DNA of 64,000 bases from Trichosphaerium sp. ATCC 40318 (taxonomy: Eukaryota > Protista > Tubulinea): NCBI GenBank assembly GCA_038496445.1, contig JALMLS010000216.1, forward strand, positions 62,001 to 126,000, given 5' to 3'. The position numbers and the translations under genes were made by a program. Position 1 is the stretch's first letter. Each line of letters starts with the position of its first letter. This document shows, one piece after another, positions 1 through 13,665 of this stretch. A model generated the notes under the pieces. That model had not been told where the DNA came from. It made no database searches and was given only the letters and a program-made list of their open reading frames with translations.

Positions 1-102
1 AGTGCCTAGGGTGCAACATTAACAACCAGAAAGAGTATCAAAGTCAGAATAAATACCAAATAAAACATACAAACTACATAATATGTACACAAAATGACCC
101 TT

Positions 103-1776
103 CTAGCGGCCACAACTTAATTGATTAAAAGTCCACCGTACCACTTCTATCATCACGTAAACCATTTCTTAATATAATAATCTTATGACCAAGTTCTTGA
201 GCCTTCTCATAAATCGTCCGTACGCAATCCTTACGCTTCAAAAAACCATAGAAAACTAACGTCTAAATCTCTTTTTAGTATCACAATCTTCATATCTACG
301 CACCTGGCCACTACGTAAAACTAGCTCTGCTGATTGTTTAAAAGTGCCTCCAAGTAAGAGAGTTTTATCAATCTTATTTATACTCAAAATATCCTTCAAT
401 TTAATTGCAGCATCAAAGCAAATGTAATTTGACGTTATGTGTAAATAACTCAACACAACTCCTTTCCAACATGTAAACGCTAGTATTAAATCAATAAAAA
501 ACGTGACATAATGTAAAGAGTTAGACCAAGTACATGTAACAATAAGTTCATCTTTTGGAAGTCCATACTTTGCATGTAGTCTCTAATCAAAATTGTTTGA
601 GATATAACTTATGACTAAACTACTTGTTCCAATACTTACGCTACTTGTTCGTCCTCTTGTTTGAGTTGATGTCGTATCAACCGCTTCTTCTTCTGCCTTT
701 TCATCATTTGCTTGTTGTAATCTCTCAATTTGACGTGCCAAGTTTCCTATTACTTCTTTTGACGCCTACAAACACTATTAAAACAACAGATATCTATTAA
801 CCTCTCTCTTTCATTTACTATATCGTACTGCGTATTTATCTTCAAGCTACAAATAATTAATACAAACTGTATGGATCAGAAACTTAATTTTCTGAAAAAT
901 GTCATTTTGTAGTTTTGACACATTGCAAGTGTCACAAGGAGTATTTTTTGGTTTACGTTGAAAATATGTGTTACCTCCTCTTTATTAGCCCTTAAATCCG
1001 CATTTGACATGTCAAGAGTAAATACTTCTTTTTTAAGCTTTTCTACACTCTGTTTAAGCTCCTCTGTCTTTTTTTGTTCTGCGTATAGATCTTCACCAAG
1101 TTCGGTTTTTTCTACTTTAAGCTTATCATTTTCACTTGAGAGTTTTGCCTTTTCTGCAGCGAATTGTTGTTGTAGAGCTTCCAATTTCTATCAAAAACGC
1201 GTTAGTGCTTTAATAATTGTCATAACGCGTACAGCTACTGTAGATTCGAATTGTTCGGCAACTTTGTTCATTATCACGTTGTCGTTTGGTTTTTCTTTAG
1301 CTGCTGGAACCGCGTCTTTACGCTCGGACTGATTTCCTTTCGGTGCTTGATCCAACTGCTGCCTTAATTTTGCGATAGTCTGTTTTTGCTCCTGCGATGT
1401 AGCAAATAATTGTTGGTACTCTGGCATTGAATATATGTCTACAGCTCCAGTTTTGTTGTCTACGGGTAATCATTAATTTCAGTTTGTTTTTTTGACGTTA
1501 TTGTTAGCGTACCTAACAAAACAGCTGAAAAAGCTTGTTTTTTCCAATTTGTGAGCTCTTTGCGTAGCGTTTCCAATTCTGCGGCGTGTTTTGCTTTTTG
1601 TCCAGCGAAACGCTTTTCATTCTCTTTTAGAACCTAACGGTATATTAACATCAAATAATAGGAGCTAAATAAGCACTTGCCTGTTTTAATGAGTCATTTT
1701 GCCTTTTAAACGCCTCTAGTTCCTCAGTTTTGGCACGCAGCTCGCTCGGATTATTACGTCCGCGTAGTAAATCCAT
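103..1776 (-). CDS. Coiled-coil protein with C-terminal GRAM domain (multi-exon; 3' end approximate)
   Basis: Starts MDLLRGRNNPSELRAK at 1776 and continues through heptad-rich exons (ORFs 1191-1427, 876-1184). The spliced C-terminus KYGLPKDELIVTSFTCWKGVVLSYLHITSNYICFDAAIKLKDILSINK fits the GRAM consensus. Confidence 0.7.
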
Positions 1777-1892
1777 TGATTGCTGTTTACATTGTATAAG
1801 AAGAAAGAAAAAAATTGATTTGTCAAATGTGTCATAATAAATGACTTAGGTGTCGTCAATAACGACTTCTTTTGCATTGAAGGGTGTATTTA

Positions 1893-2470
1893 TTAACATA
1901 TGAAAGGGCCTGGAGGTAGTGAGGCGCCTGCAACATTCCATAACCAACCATCAACTGTTCCAGCTGACACCTTTCAAAAAAATTTAGTAATGCTCCCTTG
2001 CGAATATCTACGCACGCGGTAATCTCCTGCTCCTTGTTTAGACGATTCCCATTTGCCGTTGATGAGATGGAAATATTCCCAATACACGCATGGCGTACCA
2101 GCACAAGAGCAAAAGCAATCATTTTCAGGACAGCCATACTCACCTAGCGATGATTATGCCGGTATGATGACCTAGAGGTACCTATTTTACATACAACGGG
2201 TCCAAGCTGCTGTTGGTCGATGGTGATGTTGCTACCTGTTGCTTTCAAAGCGTCTACGCCTAGAAAACGTTTGTTTGTGTTGTACAACGGTTTAGTACCA
2301 TTAATGACGCCATCCAGGGAGATACAATGCGGTTTAGCGCTGGTTGGACCTGCAATAACCACAACCATTGTGCCATTACCATCGTCGCGGTCCAATACAG
2401 TACCAACACATGTAGATAGAGCAATAACCGAAAAAAGACAAGCGAGTACTATAGTGGCACTTAGTGTCAT
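1893..2470 (-). CDS. Secreted cysteine-rich DUF4430-like (transcobalamin beta-domain-like) protein, about 4 exons
   Basis: Signal peptide MTLSATIVLACLFSVIALSTC. Spliced product ...INGVDALKATG...GPVVCKIGEYGCPENDCFCSCAGTPCVYWEYFHLINGKWESSKQGAGDYRVSAGTVDGWLWN..., with a YWxY..W..S..GA....V..G pattern typical of DUF4430-like beta-grasp domains. Confidence 0.6.
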
Positions 2471-3522
2471 TACTTTAAAGTGTTTCTTGTTAAGCTGTCA
2501 GCTTGTAACTCTCACGAACAAGTACGGTTTTTCCTGTCAAGTTCACCTCCATTTCGTGCCAAACTATGAATTGTCACTACAAGGACATAGCTGTGCATAT
2601 CAATTCATACAAGAAACCGTGAATACCCTTGTACCACGTGATTATATAGGCTAGTTTTAGAAGTATTATGTGACAGTTATGGAGCCACAGAAAGCTTGGT
2701 ACTCTTTGCTTTAATATCGAAATAATGTATTTTGGACAACTAACCTGTCCATTTTGGGTAAATAAGGTAATCTGATAGTTCCTTAATACAGGCTGTGACA
2801 ACACTCCAAAACTACATTTTGTTTCTATTCTATTCTCTACTGAATAAGTTCAAGGTATTTGCACGTGCTTTTTCAGTACCGACGCAACTTAGTCCAACGC
2901 AACTTTTGCATAGCACTAGAGTGTAAACCTGATAAGCTGAGTTCGTTACTTTTTTGGCAACGCACTATCCGTTATTTTGATCTTGATATTAGTAAGATTT
3001 TGACTTGCAATGACGACAAGTTGTTAGTTTTTGTTGTGGCAACTGCCAAGTTACAACCGAAGTGTATTCATTTCTGTCGTATGTACTAAACTATATTTGG
3101 AGGCTACAGGTTCTACATTTGCGCAAATCGCCTTAAAACTATCTAGTTCGCGGTAAGGATATGAAATTAACGAGCTTTGATACTTTTATAGTAAATGACA
3201 CCACTCTGGTGTTAATATCATTATTACCGCCATTTTTGCTATTTTTACGCCAAGAAAAAGCCCCAAGAACATTTTAAAGGCACAATAGTGTTATTTCCGT
3301 TGTAGGCTTTTTTTTTTCATCCCTTTCCCGGTTTAAATTTAAATTGAGCATTCTCATGCCAAGCATGTACTTGCGCTTTTTGTGCCACGACCAAACAATT
3401 TTCACACAATCGAGATGAAATTTACGTAGTTCACTTCTGATTATCGTCTAGGTCTTTTCTAGTCCAATACTTAGCGGTCTGTGGCTTTTACGCGGCTAGT
3501 AGGAATAGTTCGCCTAACAACA

Positions 3523-6297
3523 ATGTCACGTGGTCGCAGAGTAATAAAAATACGTAAAACTCGTAGAGTCCAAGCTAAGAGTACCAGTACACCTACAGGT
3601 ATCGCATCAAATTTGTGATGAAACTCTGATTATACTCATTGTGAATCAGAACTTTTTTTTTGGATTTTTATTCTCGTTTACGAATTGATTGATCAATCAA
3701 GATTTTCTTTATCATTCTACTATTTAACAACTAACGCAATATGGATGTACTACAGAAGTACCTTACTATAGATGAGGCTATGAAGTTGTCTCATGCTGAG
3801 CTTAAAAAGAACTGTATCGAAAGAGCTCTTTTTATTACTGGTAAAAAGTCGGTTTTGGCAGCACGTATAGTTGGTACGTCTTGTTTGAGTACATTAAACG
3901 TTTGATGAGTTATTAAGTTTAACTTATCTACCTAGAACACGACATCAATACAGGTCCTTTGGAAGACTTAGCGCATGCTCGTAGGACAATGGCTATCTCG
4001 AAGTCGAAATACGACGTACAGGCAGAAAAGCGCAAGTTGGCAGCTGCCAAGCGTACACGTGCTGTAGAAAAGAGCTCTAAAGGAGCTAAGCCAGAGGAAC
4101 CGGAACTCAAACGGCAAAAACTTGAGGAACGTTTCAATCAATTGGAACAAACCATGAAAGAGAAGCATGCTAGCTTAGAAAATAAGCTGGAAAACAAGTA
4201 TGGTCTATTGGAAGGCACGGTTCAGGCAATGGGATCACTCATACTTCTAATGCAACTTGAAATGTTGTCATCGCAGTATAGAGACTCCAAAATCTCTGCG
4301 TTGGTTGGTAAAGGTACGTTGTTATTGAGTAATCGTCATGCACCATTCTAATGAAATGTATTAGATTACTGGGTTACTTGTGATGATATTAGACGGAATA
4401 AAGAAACCGAATGTGTTCCGTATTTCTTTGATGAAGAAGAAGCTTCAAGATACGAAGGAAATTTGCTTATTCCTTATGAAGAGTATGAAGTAACTCCCGG
4501 GAAAAAACAACAACAGGAAAAGGTGTATACCAGGCAGCTTTTCAAGCAGTTTTGTGGTAAACAACAAGGTAGAAAGCGAGCTACTATCTTCGAACATCTG
4601 GCTCCTTTCAATACGCACGAAACTTGCGTAAAGCAAAGCGAAGACATTGGAGCAAGGAAATTCAAACCTGATATTTCCTTTGTTGATAAAAAAGCTCGTT
4701 TTGCTGATTTACACGTGTTGCACGTGGTCGTACCTTTGGAGATTAAAGGTTAGTTATGTTATTTTTGTTTCTCAACCTCTAACTCCGTTTATAGTCAAAA
4801 ACTTGGACTACAATACTCAAGGACAGACGTGGCATTATATACACCAGGTACACTATACTTAGGAGCCAATGATTCTATCATGGCTCTTTGATTCCATATT
4901 ATCTTTGGAAGCTTACTTTTTCGCTTTTTTTGTAGATTATGCTTAGACAAAAGTTACGAACTGTGTGCTATGGGGCCTTACTAAATAAAAAGGATGTAAT
5001 GTTCCTTAAAATGGAAATGCCACCTGATGGTCATAGTCCTCCAAAGTAAGTTGTTAATGAATTGCTTTCGTTTAGCTTCAAGCTCTTTCTTTTCGTGTAG
5101 TAGCCACCAATTATCTATTAGGTACTCTTATACGTTGAAGTACCCGTTGTACAAGATATCCAAGCAACGTCGTAAAGTGAAGGGAGATCAATACAAGGAC
5201 TATGCTTTGGACGTACCAGATTTTTATGGTCAAAAACTGCTCAGGCATTTTTTGTCCCAAACACCAGAGACATACGGATGGAAAGTCCCTCATTTTGATA
5301 TTAAAGGTAAAAGCTATACTCCACACACCGTCCTTGGCATGGGTGCTTCAAGGTATGGTTTTATTTGGAAGCTTCTCATACCCTCATACAACAGTTGTTT
5401 ATTTTTGTTATCATAGTATTGTTTATGGCATTAATCGGGTGACTAAGGAGAGTGGAAAGGAACTGATAGCAGTCAAACAACTTCTCAGCGATAGCGAAAC
5501 TTTTCGTGCTATGATGAAACGTGAGCAAACTGTACTATTAGAGCTTAATGAATGTGAATACATTCCCAATCAGGTACTTAGAAGAATGTTATGATTTACT
5601 TAAGAAAAATGTAGATCTATGCATCGTCTGATATGCACTTTTTTCTCAGTCCTGTGGCGTTTCCTCTTGACTCTGAGCAATATTTTAAAAACGTTACTTG
5701 GCTATTACAGGTAGTTGATGGCCTGAAATATGCACATGACCACAACATTGTTCACAGGTCCTCTTATTATTTTTTTTTAACTTGTAAGACTTATTATGTC
5801 ATAGGGATATCTGCCCGGGCAACCTGTTGATAACTGCCGCTCCGAATGAGAGAGCCATTATAATTGATTGGGGCATAAGTGTTGGTATTAACGAGAGCGC
5901 ACCAATGGAAGGAACCCTTGTATACGCACCTCTAGATTTAGTAGAACATTTCGACGGAAAACAAAATTACAAAGTCGGCCGTAGTTATGACTTGTTGTGC
6001 CTTGTTCAAGTAGTTCTTTACTACATAAGGTTTACTAAAGAAAAGAGAGCATATATGAGACAACTATACAACGATTGGGTTCGTAGAAGGGCAGGCAAGA
6101 AAGTTGCCAAATGGTCAAATGAAAGAGACATTCGTTTAGAGATGCTGAAGCAATGGCCTCTTCCGAATAGTAAGTGGAAGAAAATTATTGACGCTGCTTG
6201 CGATGCAGACTACGAAAGATTAAAAGAAAAGTTTGTAGATGCTCTTATGTCCAAGCAAGGAGTATATAAGAAAAAACCTTCTTTTACACTTGGATAA
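3523..6297 (+). CDS. SAP domain + coiled coil + PD-(D/E)xK nuclease-like domain + protein kinase (Crinkler/CR-effector-like)
   Basis: SAP-like LSHAELKKNCIERALFITGKKSVLAARI; REase motif KPDISF...VPLEIK. Kinase motifs LGMGASSIVY, AVKQ, HRDICPGNLLI and IIIDWG assemble across GT-AG introns. Confidence 0.75.
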
Positions 6298-6854
6298 ATC
6301 AATGCAACGGTGTTACATCATTGACCTTTTACGCAACTTAATTAATGTTGTGTACACCTGATAGTACTTTGATACTCATTATTAAGTGTCGAGCTTATAG
6401 TATGACACCCTTACCAACAGCAGACAAATTAATAGTGTGCACCAGCCAGTGCATGGACACCTTCAGCAGTTAGTCTATGAGGTATGACTATTTTGTGACG
6501 CCAGCAAGTAATTACAATTGGGCTATCTGTTAGAGTAACCCAAGCAAACTTCTGTAGTAAAGGCTTCGTAAAGTCTGGCTAGTTCAACTTCGTTTCTTAC
6601 CCTAATGCATACAGAATCCGACGTGCATCAAGACATATGTTAGGGCTGAATAGCGTAGCCGTGTATTTCATAATATGAACAAAAATTTCAAAGCCTACAA
6701 CTCAAATTTATCCTTAATATAGACTCTATTGAAAGCGATTGTAACTATTACTAAGTATGGAGTAGAATATAAGAATTTTCTTGTTTATACCAGCACGGTG
6801 ATGTAGCCGTGCTTTATTCTTGTTTTTGTACATGTATCGGAAATAAAATAAAAT

Positions 6855-9231
6855 TTAGTACGTTTCTGCCATTTCATGTGCTGATGCGAACGTCTTGATG
6901 TCCAACGACTCAGCACCAGTGAGTTTACTAACAATAGCAGCAGCTACAGTATCTATAGGGACACTATGAGATGGGGGTTTTTTGAAAGAAAAAAGAAGTC
7001 AAGTTGTCTTTTCAATATCACGTGATCGTACCTCCTAAAAAAGTAAATTAGAACGCAAGCTACAATAATGGGGGATTGTCCGTACCATAAACGTTTGTTG
7101 CAGTTCGAAGTCGATCCAAAAACCAATCGATACTTAAAAGTAAACCAATAGAATCGTCTACAGGCAAACCAACTGCTGTCAACACGATAACGATTGTAAC
7201 CAAGCCTTAATGCTTGTTAATTGAAGAAGGCTTTTCTGTAGTGACTTACCCGCTTCGGGTATCCCTGCAGCACCTATTGATGCTAAAGTAGACGTTAAGG
7301 CAATCACTAGTAACTGGACAGCATTCAATGGAACACCGACAATTTGGGCTATAAAAAAGTTAGCAGCCGTGTTAATCAACTGAGGTCACCTATAAATATT
7401 GCTGCGACTGCCTCATAAAGCGCAGTACCATCCATGGATATACTAATATACAACTTATTAATAACATACGACTTGATGTCATTCTCACGTGGCCCCAAGC
7501 GGTAGAACAAAACTATATATTCTCTTTGGTATTCCTTGAGTTTTAACACACTAAAAGTCATCTTTCAATACAAGCCGAGGTTTAACTGGTATGTGTCCGC
7601 ATAAGTATTTACTTACCTCTTCAGTAACAGGTAATGTTGCAGATGAACTAGCAATACCCAACGCAGTCAAAAGAGCAGGTGTCATAGCTACAAAAAGTTA
7701 CCAAAAAAATGCTTCTAATTGGTCTAAACACATACCAAAGAGATATTTGAGGGGATTCTTTCTTACGAATATGAGATATAATCCAGGTAATACAAATAAG
7801 AAATGAACTGCCAAACCAACAACCACAGTTGCAACGAACATACTTTTAAACAAGTTAATTGGTTGATAAATTGCTCTAAAACAGTGGAAAATTTACCCTA
7901 AAATATCACGTTATGTAACGACAACCGATAACAGCTTACCTAGTTGCGAAAGCAAAACCAGAAAGTTATCTGTACTGGCTAATTTACTTGTTATGAGCGA
8001 CATTATACCTAAAGGTACAAACCAGAGTACTAAAACAACATCAATATTATGCCAGTAAAAAAAACTAAAAAACTAGTTTCCGTACTCCAGTTTACTATTA
8101 CGTAGACAACAGCGCTGAGTCCTCTAAAAATACCAATTATAGGTCTTGCTTTTTTACCAATCGCTATGAGCGCTACAATAATAATAAGTTCATCCATAAA
8201 AAAACGTGATGATATTACCAAGAGCAAATACGATTGAAGCAGTAATTATTGCTAAAATGTTGAAATTAGCAGCTTCTTTAACGATATTCTCTGGTGTCAA
8301 ATCCTCTAGTATACTGAATATATTATACACTGTTGACTCTACTGTAGTTTGATTCGATATAGGCGGAAGCGTTACTACAAAATGGTTAAAGGCAAATAAA
8401 AATTATTTTATTAAAATTGCCTTCAGTGGGAGGTAAGGCATCCTTTCCAGCGTTTCCAGGTTGGAGTAGCGTAACCCACATGATACCTGAAACAACTACT
8501 TAGAAGATTGTAAGAACATGGCATTTTACCCATAGCAACTGCTATGACGGACGTAGAGATGTAGTAAACAACTGAATATAAACCAACTCTTCTATAAAAA
8601 CAATACTGTCAAAAAAAAAGTGGATAAAAAATATGCAAAGAACTCACCCTGCCGTTGATATATTACCACTTGTTACACCGTCGATAATAGTAACAGGAAT
8701 AAGGAGTAGAACAATGCCTTTTTTATATGTTGATAATTCATGCCGAAAACAGCAACGATAATTTTTTCTTTACTTACTTTTTAGCATACGTAGCAGTAGC
8801 TTGCCTGGGAATGCAAGAATCTCTATAACAAATTCACTTGGTTTGGCCTGAGCAACCTAGGTTAATCACTTTAGATATTTAACGTTTGGACAAAAAAAGA
8901 TATGTGTGTACACCAAAGCCAATGGCTATGCCCAAAATGATACCAGCGCACGTGAAGAAAAGTTGAAAAAAGTTAATTTTTTTTGCCAACTCCGAATGCA
9001 CGCAAGCACAGCAACGTTTGCGCTCACGTGCTAAACATAAAAATCAGTAAGATCTTTAACAGAATAATCCTCTTTTGAAAAAAAAAACCTGAGGATGCTT
9101 GTACCAGAATAACTACTTCTTTGTGAGCTTCCTGTTAATAAATAATCGCTTTCATCGGGTGTACGTTCCAGTTCGATACTTACACTATCTGGATAAGATC
9201 TTATAAGCTCTATGCTCTCACTTGATAGCAT
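6855..9231 (-). CDS. SLC1/DAACS dicarboxylate-amino acid:cation symporter (EAAT-like)
   Basis: Motifs [57 protein letters not shown] and [16 protein letters not shown]. Confidence 0.92.
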
Positions 9232-9355
9232 ACTACGCCTTGAGCAGATGGTTATGCTGTGAACCTTTGACTTATCGATGTAGTAACGAAGTTTGAGCAC
9301 AAGTTTCTCTTGAGCTTAACTGTGCGTTAAGTTTTGTTAAAATAATCTCCCACAC

Positions 9356-10017
9356 ATGTCGTATTCACTCATCCTCTTTGATGGAGGTTAGCATTATATT
9401 GTTTATAACGGTATTTAACGTTTATTTAGTCTGTAATTTGTGCCATGGCTTCGTACAGTTCGTAATTCCACGCGATCCTCAGCATAGATACAAATTTGCG
9501 TCCCTACAATCACCATTGGGTCTCATGACGTTAAAACGTCTTGGGTTAGAGTACGTCTCGCCCGTTAGTAGCCACTGATACAGTCCTAATACTATTATCA
9601 CAGAGATGATCTATCATCTATGGTATTGGTAGAACCTGATGACACGTTCTACACAAAGTACGTTACAAAAGCTCACTTTTTATTACTACGGGTTCTAACT
9701 AGCGAACAAGGTCATCTGCTGCACTTACGGTGTTATCTTCGCTTGGCTTTCCGTATTCGCTTACCTACCCATTCATATTTCTTCCTTGTACGTTTAATCG
9801 CCTCACCTACGCGCCAGCTGTCACTTACAATTGTTGTAACGTTGCATTCCCATTTCTGACATTCTGTGCAGCTTGCATTCGCGATATGGGATACAACATG
9901 GTGGCTAGCGTACGCTACACATTTTTTGGTAAAAAGGATACATGTGGGATACCTGAGCATTATGACGCCTCACGATTTGTGAGCGTAGAGAATTTAGAAA
10001 GTAAACGCCAATTGTAA
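9356..10017 (+). CDS. DCC1-like thiol-disulfide oxidoreductase (DUF393)
   Basis: Spliced N-terminus MSYSLILFDGVCNLCHGFVQFV (DxxCxxC), followed by FASLQS and IRDMGYNMVASVRYTFFGKKDTC. Confidence 0.9.
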
Positions 10018-10156
10018 GCGTAACCCACATAAACCGAGGTTGTACAAAGCAAATGTAGAAAAATGTAAAACAAAAAAAATTATTTTGCCAAAAAAGCCTG
10101 CAGCTATTTACTTTGACTGAACCTTTACACTTCGAGAATCAGACTACTTGTGGCTC

Positions 10157-13100
10157 ATGAGTAGTATATTCAGTCTGTTTAACAGAAAAAGTGTTGATGA
10201 AAAACCACCAACACCGCAGGAACCTCCAAAGCAAGATACAAATATGTCCAGCGGTGGAACTGGAGCAAACATAGGCACTATGGAACTAACAGAAGAGAGT
10301 GATGGGGATGATGAGCTGTTTATGGGCATGAACGTTATTCCAGAAGCAGATCAAGTAAATACTCGCATTGGAGAAGCTCAACAGAGTATTTACACTATTG
10401 ATCCAAACAACTTCGCCTCTACTGGATCAAACTATAGTACAGAAGCATCACAAGAGGTAATAAACATAATTGCATCGTTTTAAAGTTTATCCTGCATAGT
10501 TGCGAAACGAAGGTAGCACAGCATCAATTTACGACGAGCTAGACGACGAAGAAGATGTACGGAAGCTTTTTTGGGCAACGTCAGTTTAATTTTGCCAATG
10601 TAGGAATTTATTGAAGATTTCGACTCTGGTGGCGAAGAAATAGCGCTTCCTGAACCAAGTAAGCAGAAATAGGCAATTTGACGAAAGTTACAGAATTAAC
10701 ACGAATTAGCAAACGTTATAACACCTCCAATCGCTCACGTTGTAGAAGATGGTAAGAATAAGAAATAGAATTCAACGTTTTAACCACTTTTTTTTTTGAA
10801 AACAACTTTTTGACAACTTTGTACGTTGTTTCTCACCATTATAGTTGATTCTGGAGATGATGACGATTTTAGTGAATATATTGACGAAGGACAAGACGCT
10901 ATAGAGAGCCAAGAAACACAACAAACTAACACTCAAGAACAAATTGAACAAACTCGTGCTGTTGCAGCTGAAACAGCTAAAGTGGAAGAAGAACCCGTTG
11001 ATGATTTTGAAACTGAAGTACGAATAACCAAGCGCAGACGTCAACAAGCATTTCAGCTCTTGTAGCCCTTTTTTTTACTCGCTTGTGAAGATATTTGATG
11101 CACTTACTTATATTAGCAAGCAAAAGAGGTTGCAAGGCGTGTTGAAGAAGCTGAAGCGCCAGTAAGACAAGTTAGGACAAAGATCAAGGCTCTCAGAAAC
11201 CTCATACATGCGTCAGCAATGGAGACAACTCATAAATATGAAGATATGCTCGTGGTACGTTAAAGGCTTCTTTTTTTTTTTGGTTTTAAAGGGTTGCTGT
11301 ATTTTTTGATACTAGCTTCTTTTAAGCGCTCTTGTATGATGTGATCTGATTATATTCTTTTTGTAGTTGCAACAGAAGATACAAAAAATTGAAAAAGATC
11401 AAAGCGAAGCCATACAAAATGATAGTTTTGTTTTACACACAGAGCTTGAGAAGAAAAAGAGTGATCTTCATAAATCTTTGAATACTATACATGATGATAT
11501 TTCAAAGAGTGTTAAGAAATGTATCGGCCTACGTGAAGAACTCTCTCAGTGTTATAGTGAAGAGTTAGCTTATCACGACAGTTTCTTGCAAAAGTTAGAT
11601 GGTCTAGAGGTAAGTAAACATTTTTCAACAGGAATAAGAGTTCGGTGTGCTCATGCGTTTCTATTAGGGAGAGCAACTTGAAGTGCTCAACCAATTCAAA
11701 GCAAAACACAGTAAAATTCGCGATGAACAAGAGGAGGAGCTTAAAATTCTTAATGACGAAATTATGAAGGGTTCACGGTAAGGCCAACCACTTTCTCAAA
11801 CCAAAATGATCAGGAATTTTGACACATTTTAGACATTTGGAAATTGAGGAGACATACCTCGATAGCCGTAGAGAACAGGTTGAAGCTAACATTGACCAAC
11901 AAATAAAACCTTTTAAAACAAATAAAGAGAAACTAGAAGTAGAACGTGCAGATGTACAGGTATGTAGGAAAGAGGGTTTTTTGTAATTTGGCATTCCTAT
12001 TTTATTCTCATTTCACTTCACAGAAACAAATTGCAGACTTGATGGAAAAAGTTCGTGCATTAAAACGTGATGAACAAAGATTGAATAGGGAAGTAGTTAG
12101 TATTGAAACAGATATTCTGCAAACTCAGAAGAAGTTTGACAAGGAGCTTACAAGAATAAAAAATGAACAGAAAAAGCTTGACACAGAGAAATCGACATGG
12201 CAAGTCAAACAAGTACGTGCTGGTTTTTTGCTATCTTGTAATAGTTGTGTTGACTAATACTCTGTTTTATCAATAGGCTAAACTGAATGAAGCTCAAAAG
12301 CGTTATGATGATAAGAAATCACAGAATGATGCACAACAAGCACGATTGAATGAAATACTAGAAAAAATCCAATCATACATTAAAGTACGAGTTGCTTTGT
12401 CAGACGCCTCTTTTTTTACTCATATCCAACGCTTTAGGGTGCTTCCGCGCGACATGAAAGTGTTACAAAGATTAAAACATCAATCATTGACCGAGTCAAG
12501 ACACAAGTCGAGTCTAATGAGAAACTCATGAAACAAATTGAAGACATTAGAAGGTAAACATTTTTATTCTATACATTTATCCGCTTGCTTGCTATGTACT
12601 CTTCGCGCTTATCTTTTATTTTAGTATAAGACGACGTGTTGAAGAATTAGATAAAATGGTTATGGCAGTGAACAATAAGATAGTTTCAAAACAAACAGAA
12701 AAAGCCGACTTACATACACGGATTTTGGCTATTACTACCAAGCTTGTTCCTGATTTGGAAAAGCAAAAGACTGCTGCTGCAGATGCTAAAAATTACAGGC
12801 TTGCTGGGTTATTGAAGAAACAAGTACAAGGACTTACAGATGAGGTAGTGCAAAAGACAAAAGACCAAGAACAGGTATGCTTCAAAAAACGTTTTCAACT
12901 TTTGGCGCTTGCTAATTTTGATAGCTTGAGGAGACACTTGCGACTCTTCATAGTCAACTCAAGGATCATAATACAGAGCATGAAAAGGCTGAAGTTGAAT
13001 GTACAGAAACAGAACAACGCTATGGTAAGCTTCACTCCAACAAACAAAATATAAATCGATAGCTGCTAATCTAAGTTAGATGCCGAAATTTTACGCGACT

Positions 13101-13665
13101 TGAAAACCAAACTGAGAGTTCTCAAGGCAGACCTTTGCAATAATTTAACAGATGGACTTGTTGGTATTGCAGAAGATAACTTTTTAGACTATATCATAGG
13201 CCAAGCGCATATGCTACACATTTGCAATAAGCAAGCTATCAAAATTGATGATGAGTTTGAAGAAAAGCTAGATTTCTCGGCATTAAAATCAGAATACTTA
13301 CAACTCAACGATGTGGAGTTAAAGGACGGTATTACTGAGGATGATACTGATGAAAAACCTGAAGAAGAAGAAGAACCAGAAGAAGAGGAAGAAGTAGTAA
13401 AAGAAGTAAAACAAGACGAAGATAAGGCGTTAGCTGAAAAGAAAGCTAGAGTAGAACGTGTTCAAAAAGTACTTCAAGAAGAGATTGAAGGACTTCAAGC
13501 AAAGATATCAGAACATGTCGCCAAGGAGGAGTACGAAGAAGCAGGTACGCCCACTAACAACGTATTTTTATTATCGTCAGTTACTTACAAGAGGATATAG
13601 CTGATGCTGAAGATGAGTTAACAAGTAAACAAGAAAAACTTGCACAGTTGATGACATCAGTTTAA
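10157..13665 (+). CDS. Large acidic coiled-coil protein with UVR (UvrB/UvrC)-like motifs
   Basis: Chain of phase-compatible exons. UVR-like EKQKTAAADAKNYRLAGLLKKQV and QAKISEHVAKEEYEEA. Confidence 0.7.

Noticed and set aside
958-1332. Antisense ORFs in the supplied track (e.g. 958-1332, 2220-2654, 17661-17945, 57150-57536)
   Set aside because: They are shadows of well-supported genes on the opposite strand and contain no recognisable motifs.
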